Of a stretch of 4,352 nucleotides of DNA, positions 1-3,110 are shown in pieces. Within the stretch, counting starts at the first letter, position 1. Every line of letters begins with the position of its first letter. The notes beneath the pieces were generated by a model. It saw only the letters and a list, made by a program, of their open reading frames with translations. It ran no database searches and was not told where the DNA came from. Origin of the DNA: a virus (Duplodnaviria > Heunggongvirae > Uroviricota > Caudoviricetes); IMG/VR virus record IMGVR_UViG_2713896777_000025; one strand, given 5' to 3'. The position numbers were made by a program, and so were the translations under genes.

Positions 1-324
1 GCTGTGCATCCCTTCGGGGTAATAATTCGCATCAGTTACACCCGCCGCCGCCAGCTTGTGCGCAATGGCATTAATATTTGATGGCCTGATGTGGCCTGCC
101 TTGTACAGCCGGACACAATAGCGCCCCTCGTCGATGATTCTCAGGTCTGCCAGTTCATCCAGTTGATCATCAGCCAGCACAACGGGAGGCACATTATCGC
201 CAGCCAGTCGCCCGTCCTGTTCCTGCCACTGTTTCGCATGTGCCCAGGCATCACTACCCGCAAAAATAATGACTTCGGTCATCTTGTCGTAAGGCTGTTT
301 TTTTAAGTTCGGTGCGCTTTTCAT
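1..324 (-). CDS. Hypothetical protein, N-terminal part only (gene runs off the left edge); begins MKSAPNLKKQPYDKMTEVIIFAGSDAWAHAKQWQEQDGRLAGDNVPPVVLADDQLDELADLRIIDEGRYCVRLYKAGHIRPSNINAIAHKLAAAGVTDANYYPEGMHS
   Basis: Minus-strand frame is open from ATG 324-322 to position 1 (108 codons, no stop); it is missing from the ORF track only because it has no in-window stop. The ATG overlaps the TGA stop of the upstream gene (ATGA at 324-321) and has GGGG (revcomp of 331-334) 6 nt upstream. An in-frame alternative ATG lies at 282-280. Function unknown. Confidence 0.5.
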   Translation of the reverse strand, partial: MKSAPNLKKQPYDKMTEVIIFAGSDAWAHAKQWQEQDGRLAGDNVPPVVLADDQLDELADLRIIDEGRYCVRLYKAGHIRPSNINAIAHKLAAAGVTDANYYPEGMHS

Positions 325-620
325 TTCTTGCCCCTGAATCCGTTAATCATGGTTTTCAGCTTCTGGATGTTTGCCCGTGCCCTGGCGTTGCTGGTGGGCA
401 CGTTATGCGGCGCGGTCTGTACCAGAGAAAAATCACGCCGGAACTGATAAACAGGCATCACGCAATCATATTCGTAACCTTCACGGCGGTAGGTTACGCG
501 CCGTTCTTCCACGCCCTTAATCATTACCGTGCCGCCGTACTGGTCGCGGTAAATATCACCGCGCGTAAATTTAGGGTGAGTGTTGCCACTGGCAGTTAAG
601 CCAGAATATTTAAGTTTCAT
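321..620 (-). CDS. Hypothetical small protein (99 aa, MKLKYSGLTASGNTHPKF...)
   Basis: ORF-track ORF. Stop TGA at 323-321 overlaps the start of the next gene; its own ATG (620-618) overlaps the TGA (619-617) of the preceding ORF, so the genes look translationally coupled. The RBS region is hidden by the N-run at 622-688, so the true start could lie further upstream. Confidence 0.5.
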   Translation of the reverse strand: MKLKYSGLTASGNTHPKFTRGDIYRDQYGGTVMIKGVEERRVTYRREGYEYDCVMPVYQFRRDFSLVQTAPHNVPTSNARARANIQKLKTMINGFRGKK

Positions 621-820
621 TNNNNNNNNNNNNNNNNNNNNNNNNNNNNNNNNNNNNNNNNNNNNNNNNNNNNNNNNNNNNNNNNNNNTCTTGATTTTTG
701 TTTGTCGCGTTCATTGTCGCCAAGTGTTTCAAGCCATATGCGCAATATTTCGTACATACCTTCAGCGTAAGCAAGGGCACTAAATGCGCGGTCTATTGTT
801 TCGTGGTAAATATCACGCAT
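617..820 (-). CDS. Hypothetical small protein (~67 aa, MRDIYHETIDRAFSALAYAEGMYEILRIWLETLGDNERDKQKSR..., C-terminal third masked by N-run)
   Basis: ATG at 820-818 lies 1 nt after the TAA stop (824-822) of the upstream gene, with a G-rich stretch (GGACGGGG) 6 nt upstream. The frame runs into the 67-nt N-run and exits exactly onto a TGA that overlaps the next ATG. Acceptance depends on the N-run length being true. Confidence 0.4.
   Translation of the reverse strand: MRDIYHETIDRAFSALAYAEGMYEILRIWLETLGDNERDKQKSRXXXXXXXXXXXXXXXXXXXXXXX
622..688. other. Run of 67 N (masked or unresolved bases)
   Basis: Directly visible. Falls at the junction of two overlapping minus-strand genes. Confidence 1.
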
Positions 821-821
821 A

Positions 822-1043
822 TTAATCCCCGTCCGTTGTTTTTCTTAAAACAGCTTCTGTCACGAAATCAGCATAGTTAGCGGCAATATCAAGAATATTT
901 AGCCCTGTATCTCTGTGCTCATCAGTGCAAAGAAAGAAAAAAGCCACCCGCATAATTTCAGATATTGACGAAAGCGCATCAGCCGCATCATCAGGAACGC
1001 CGGAAAATTCTTGTTTCAGGGAATTAAAACGATCATCACGCAT
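822..1043 (-). CDS. Hypothetical small protein (73 aa, MRDDRFNSLKQEFSGVPDDAADALSSISEIMRVAFFFLCTDEHRDTGLNILDIAANYADFVTEAVLRKTTDGD)
   Basis: Same frame as ORF-track ORF 822..1091; I prefer the ATG at 1043-1041 because it sits 2 nt after a G8 tract (revcomp of C-run 1046-1053) that can act as the SD, and it overlaps the stop of the upstream gene (ATGCGTGA). Alternative starts at 1055 and 1091 lack an RBS. Confidence 0.5.
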   Translation of the reverse strand: MRDDRFNSLKQEFSGVPDDAADALSSISEIMRVAFFFLCTDEHRDTGLNILDIAANYADFVTEAVLRKTTDGD

Positions 1044-1257
1044 AACCCCCCCCATTTTCACAATCAGCAACAAGAATATTTTTAGCGTCATTCAGCGACC
1101 GCGTTGCGATGTATCGGATACATTCCAGGGCGAACTGTGTCCGGTCTTTCTGTTCTTCTCCCTGCGCAAGCTCTGCAGTGCATTCAATATCGATAAGCGC
1201 GTGCATCAGCGTAGTGAGCGCGGCGGCTGCTGCGTCCGGTGTGGTTTTATTGCACAT
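1036..1257 (-). CDS. Hypothetical small acidic protein (73 aa, MCNKTTPDAAAAALTTLMHALIDIECTAELAQGEEQKDRTQFALECIRYIATRSLNDAKNILVADCENGGGYA)
   Basis: Same frame as ORF-track ORF 1036..1299; start placed at ATG 1257-1255, which has a consensus SD AGGAGG (revcomp of 1264-1269) 6 nt upstream and overlaps the last codons of the preceding gene. Stop TGA at 1038-1036. Confidence 0.6.
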   Translation of the reverse strand: MCNKTTPDAAAAALTTLMHALIDIECTAELAQGEEQKDRTQFALECIRYIATRSLNDAKNILVADCENGGGYA

Positions 1258-1807
1258 GGCACACCTCCTGACGAATACGGGCGGCGAATACAGCAACACA
1301 ACCGGACGGGCAACGGCTACGCGCTTCGCGTTCCGTCCAGGCGGTTACGTGGATGATTTGATGTTCTGACGCGCCAAAGATGATAAAGCGCCAGAGAAAG
1401 GCGGTTTGAGAATGTACAAGGGTAGGGATAGTAGCCATGTTGGCAGCCTCCTCAGTGTGGTTAAGATAACCGCCACCGGAAACGCCAATTTCGCTGGTGG
1501 CGGACTGTACAGGGTTGGCGTAACCGGACACTGAAGAAACCGGCGCGGATTGCTCCGCCCCCGTACAGCCCACCATTGATAAGGTGTGACTATGCGGCAC
1601 AAAAAAACACGCGGGGCGCGTGTTATGCGCTTCAGTTTTGCCCAGGACGCCAATCCCGGCACCCGTTTTATGAGGTGCGCGGGAATCATAGCTATTTTCG
1701 ACACTGGCGATCAACTGGTTTTTTTCTCCGATATTCAGGGCCAGAAAACGCCACACAAAGGCCGTTTGTGTGTGTACAAGGTGTGGTATATGATTTACGG
1801 CAACCAT
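1247..1807 (-). CDS. Small protein (186 aa) with an internal tandem duplication of an N-terminal module (HIPHLVHTQTAFVWRFLALNIGEKNQLI / TIPTLVHSQTAFLWRFIIFGASEHQII); possibly related to Icd-like proteins of P4-type elements (unverified)
   Basis: ATG at 1807-1805 with SD AGGAG (revcomp of 1813-1817) 5 nt upstream; frame open to TAA at 1249-1247. A second in-frame ATG at 1438-1436 has its own strong SD GAGGAGG (revcomp of 1447-1453, 8-nt spacer) and begins a 63-aa copy of the module. The longer ORF-track call 1247..2323 is rejected because it reads antisense through the RHH gene and the operator region. Confidence 0.55.
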   Translation of the reverse strand: MVAVNHIPHLVHTQTAFVWRFLALNIGEKNQLIASVENSYDSRAPHKTGAGIGVLGKTEAHNTRPACFFVPHSHTLSMVGCTGAEQSAPVSSVSGYANPVQSATSEIGVSGGGYLNHTEEAANMATIPTLVHSQTAFLWRFIIFGASEHQIIHVTAWTEREARSRCPSGCVAVFAARIRQEVCHVQ

Positions 1808-1836
1808 AACGGCTCCTAGTTTACGTTGTTGGTTAG

Positions 1837-1878
1837 ACGCCCCGTATGTGTTCCCAGCACTGCGGGGCGTTGATTTTT
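1837..1878 (+). terminator. Hairpin followed by a T-tract (terminator-like on the plus strand; also a structured element in the 5' leader of the minus-strand operon)
   Basis: ACGCCCCG (1838-1845) pairs with CGGGGCGT (1863-1870), with an inner GTG/CAC pair, followed by TGATTTTTGT (1871-1880). On the minus strand the same stem is not followed by a U-tract. Confidence 0.3.
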
Positions 1879-1897
1879 GTGTAATGGCAAGTACAAT
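1870..1897 (+). promoter_or_regulatory. Candidate sigma70 promoter for the RHH gene (TTGATT - 16 bp - TACAAT)
   Basis: -35 TTGATT at 1870-1875 and -10 TACAAT at 1892-1897; predicted TSS near 1904, about 34 nt before the RHH ATG. The -10 overlaps palindrome 1. Confidence 0.4.
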
Positions 1898-1909
1898 GGT
1901 AATTACCAT
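1896..1909. promoter_or_regulatory. Perfect 14-bp palindrome ATGGTAATTACCAT (candidate operator 1)
   Basis: Read directly from the sequence; it is its own reverse complement. Overlaps the plus-strand -10 and the predicted TSS of the minus-strand promoter. Confidence 0.5.
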
Positions 1910-1915
1910 GTAGGT

Positions 1916-1944
1916 ATAGTAATGAAGGGTAATTACCATGTCAA
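1916..1944 (-). promoter_or_regulatory. Candidate sigma70 promoter for the minus-strand small-gene operon (TTGACA - 17 bp - TACTAT)
   Basis: On the minus strand, a consensus -35 TTGACA (revcomp of 1939-1944, overlapping the RHH start codon), an exact 17-bp spacer that contains palindrome 2, and -10 TACTAT (revcomp of 1916-1921). Predicted TSS near 1908, about 100 nt before ATG 1807. Confidence 0.45.
1928..1937. promoter_or_regulatory. Perfect 10-bp palindrome GGTAATTACC (candidate operator 2)
   Basis: Same core as palindrome 1, 30 bp centre-to-centre. Sits in the -35/-10 spacer of the minus-strand promoter and covers the RBS of the RHH gene. Confidence 0.5.
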
Positions 1945-2111
1945 CACCATTAGAAAAACGTTCGCCTCCATACCAAATGCGATTACCGGAAGACTTCAGA
2001 GCGCAGCTAGAAGAAGCAGCTAAGGCCGATGGCGACACATCTTTAGCCACTTGGATTAAACGCGTTCTCCGCAAAGAATTACAGCAACGCGGCATAGAAC
2101 CCAAAGGATAA
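1938..2111 (+). CDS. Arc/Mnt/MetJ-family ribbon-helix-helix DNA-binding protein (57 aa, MSTPLEKRSPPYQMRLPEDFRAQLEEAAKADGDTSLATWIKRVLRKELQQRGIEPKG)
   Basis: Not in the ORF track (below its size cut-off); translated by hand. SD AAGGG at 1925-1929, 8 nt before ATG 1938; stop TAA at 2109-2111. The protein has the Arc/Mnt RHH pattern: beta-strand YQMRLP, helix A EDFRAQLEEAAKADG, turn, helix B SLATWIKRVLRKELQQ. Confidence 0.8.
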   Translation: MSTPLEKRSPPYQMRLPEDFRAQLEEAAKADGDTSLATWIKRVLRKELQQRGIEPKG

Positions 2112-2168
2112 AAACTATCAGCGCCGTGGTGTGAGGTATTACGGCGCATTGCTATGCAGGACAACACA

Positions 2169-2327
2169 ATGACCGATAAAGAATTGACCAAAACATNNNN
2201 NNNNNNNNNNNNNNNNNNNNNNNNNNNNNNNNNNNNNNNNNNNNNNNNNNNNNNNCTGATTGCATTGCCCACCAGCCTGATAGCGGCTATCATCCCCGTG
2301 CTTATGTTTGGGATCACATACACATAA
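2169..2327 (+). CDS. Probable small single-TM membrane peptide (~52 aa; MTDKELTKT...[about 20 masked codons]...LIALPTSLIAAIIPVLMFGITYT)
   Basis: ATG 2169 with AGGA (2158-2161) 7 nt upstream; an alternative ATG is at 2154. The frame stays in register across the 59-nt N-run and ends at TAA 2325-2327, 27 nt before a strong plus-strand terminator. The C-terminus is a 20-residue hydrophobic stretch. Uncertain because about 40% of the ORF is masked. Confidence 0.35.
   Translation: MTDKELTKTXXXXXXXXXXXXXXXXXXXXLIALPTSLIAAIIPVLMFGITYT
2197..2255. other. Run of 59 N (masked or unresolved bases)
   Basis: Directly visible. Falls inside the candidate small membrane-peptide ORF. Confidence 1.
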
Positions 2328-2353
2328 GGCGCAGCGGGTTAATTGTTCAGAAA

Positions 2354-2381
2354 GGCGGCTCCATATCGGGGCCGCTTTTTT
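2354..2381 (+). terminator. Rho-independent terminator for the plus-strand RHH cassette (possibly weakly bidirectional, also ending alpA)
   Basis: GCGGCTCC (2355-2362) pairs with GGGGCCGC (2368-2375), 8 bp with one G-U, loop ATATC, followed by TTTTTT (2376-2381). On the minus strand the hairpin is followed only by CTTTCTG. Confidence 0.6.
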
Positions 2382-2407
2382 CGTGTTTGTCATATCTGTG
2401 ATACCCG

Positions 2408-2614
2408 TTAAGCAGCCGTTCCGCGTGCTTCCTCTTCGCGTTCTTTCTGCCAGGACAACACATCATCCTCATACCATCCGCGACGGCGTAAACCAACGCG
2501 AAAACCCTGCGGAAATTCTCCGGCGTTGATCATGCTTTGCAGCGTGCTGTCTGCCTTGATGTGGATAATTTTTTTTACTTCCTGGCGAAAGATAATTTTT
2601 CTGATTGCTTCCAT
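2408..2614 (-). CDS. alpA: AlpA/Vis-family phage transcriptional regulator (68 aa)
   Basis: ORF-track ORF. The sequence RQEVKKIIHIKADSTLQSMINAGEFPQGFRVGLRRRGWYEDDVLSWQ matches the AlpA family pattern (HTH, then G-x-FP-x-P/G-x-K/R-hG-x-R-x-x-GW, then W). SD AAGGT lies 8 nt upstream of ATG 2614. It sits downstream of int on the same strand, as in CP4-57-type islands. Confidence 0.85.
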   Translation of the reverse strand: MEAIRKIIFRQEVKKIIHIKADSTLQSMINAGEFPQGFRVGLRRRGWYEDDVLSWQKEREEEARGTAA

Positions 2615-2690
2615 CGTGATTTACCTTGTGAATCCGGTGTATTCCGGTGACAAATACGGTAAATCATCGGATATGGGTAAAAACAGTTCC

Positions 2691-2720
2691 CACCGTTTTT
2701 AAACGGTATACACCGTTTTT
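2691..2720. promoter_or_regulatory. Repeat cluster upstream of alpA: direct repeat CACCGTTTTT (x2) flanking a 16-bp inverted repeat ACCGTTT-TT-AAACGGT
   Basis: CACCGTTTTT at 2691-2700 and 2711-2720; ACCGTTT (2692-2698) and AAACGGT (2701-2707) are exact reverse complements. A related TACGGTAAA lies at 2655-2663. All fall in the roughly 165-bp region between the upstream terminator and the alpA start. Confidence 0.3.
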
Positions 2721-2747
2721 TATATTGATGATTTGAAATGGAATTAT

Positions 2748-2770
2748 AAAAAAAGCGGCATTTCTGCCGC
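2748..2770 (-). terminator. Rho-independent terminator ending the int / small-ORF transcript
   Basis: On the minus strand: stem GCGGCA, GAAA tetraloop, stem TGCCGC (plus coordinates 2755-2770), followed by TTTTTTT (revcomp of the A-run 2748-2754). Starts 11 nt after the TAA stop at 2784-2782. Confidence 0.65.
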
Positions 2771-2781
2771 TTCCAGGATTG

Positions 2782-3033
2782 TTACCGCCATTTTTTGGGC
2801 CTGCCTCCGATCTTCATAGATGCCGGACGTACGACCTTATCAATACTTACCGCCAGATTTCTGGAAGCGCCACGGGATACCAGAAAATCTACTACCTGTT
2901 TTTTTGATGGGGCCGTCGTTCTGTCCTCCGGATCGTAGGTTGACCAAAATTCATGCTGAACCATCAGGGCCAGTTGCAGCCCGTCGCAATTGCATCTGAT
3001 ATTTTTTTGCATCTTAACGGTTTCATGTTTCAC
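2782..3033 (-). CDS. Hypothetical small protein with a basic C-terminus (...KIGGRPKKWR); 83 aa from GTG 3033 or 76 aa from ATG 3012
   Basis: ORF-track ORF; its first codon is GTG, and the first ATG is at 3012-3010. Neither start has a convincing SD. Support comes from position (between int and alpA, same strand) and the canonical terminator immediately downstream. Function not recognised. Confidence 0.45.
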   Translation of the reverse strand: MKHETVKMQKNIRCNCDGLQLALMVQHEFWSTYDPEDRTTAPSKKQVVDFLVSRGASRNLAVSIDKVVRPASMKIGGRPKKWR

Positions 3034-3110
3034 GGCCTTGTCGTTAAATTTGATGCAATTATACGACGGTTTTACATGGTTTTCGTAGTTTTTACTGGTT
3101 TTCTGTACAG

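Noticed and set aside
91-599. Plus-strand ORFs 91..306 and 312..599
   Set aside because: Both are antisense to the tightly coupled minus-strand genes (1..324 and 321..620), have no SD, and have low-complexity, stop-avoiding composition typical of shadow ORFs.
580-880. Plus-strand ORFs 580..783 and 698..880
   Set aside because: Antisense to the minus-strand gene 617..820; one is held open only by the N-run.
1043-1091. Longer start for gene 822..1043 (ATG at 1091 or 1055)
   Set aside because: The extension would overlap the upstream gene by more than 50 nt in another frame and lacks an SD; the ATG at 1043 is preceded by the G8 tract and gives the same stop-start coupling seen elsewhere in the operon.
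925-1369. Plus-strand ORFs 925..1356 (143 aa) and 1109..1369 (86 aa)
   Set aside because: Antisense to two minus-strand genes with strong SDs and overlapping stop-start junctions; the translations are Arg/Ser-rich with no recognisable fold signature.
1345-1819. Minus-strand ORF 1345..1704 and plus-strand ORFs 1576..1809 and 1586..1819
   Set aside because: All overlap the duplicated-module gene in other frames or antisense; none has an RBS, whereas the chosen frame has two.
1247-2323. 358-aa minus-strand ORF from the ORF track spanning the N-run
   Set aside because: Upstream of 1807 it reads antisense through the RHH gene, its RBS and both palindromic operators, and stays open only because the N-run cannot contain stops. 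The ATG at 1807 has a proper SD, so the gene is called as 1247..1807.
1938-2327. Classical type II toxin-antitoxin pair (RHH antitoxin with RelE/ParE-type toxin)
   Set aside because: The RHH protein fits, but the downstream ORF is a roughly 52-aa hydrophobic peptide, not a 90-100-aa RelE/ParE-like protein, so I report it as an uncharacterised pairing and not as a named TA family.
2139-2393. 84-aa minus-strand ORF crossing the second N-run
   Set aside because: Its first codons would be encoded by the terminator hairpin, it has no convincing SD, and it is antisense to the plus-strand peptide ORF that sits in good context (SD, then a plus-strand terminator).
2308-2529. Plus-strand ORF 2308..2529 (73 aa)
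   Set aside because: It runs through the plus-strand terminator and is antisense to alpA, which has a clear family signature.
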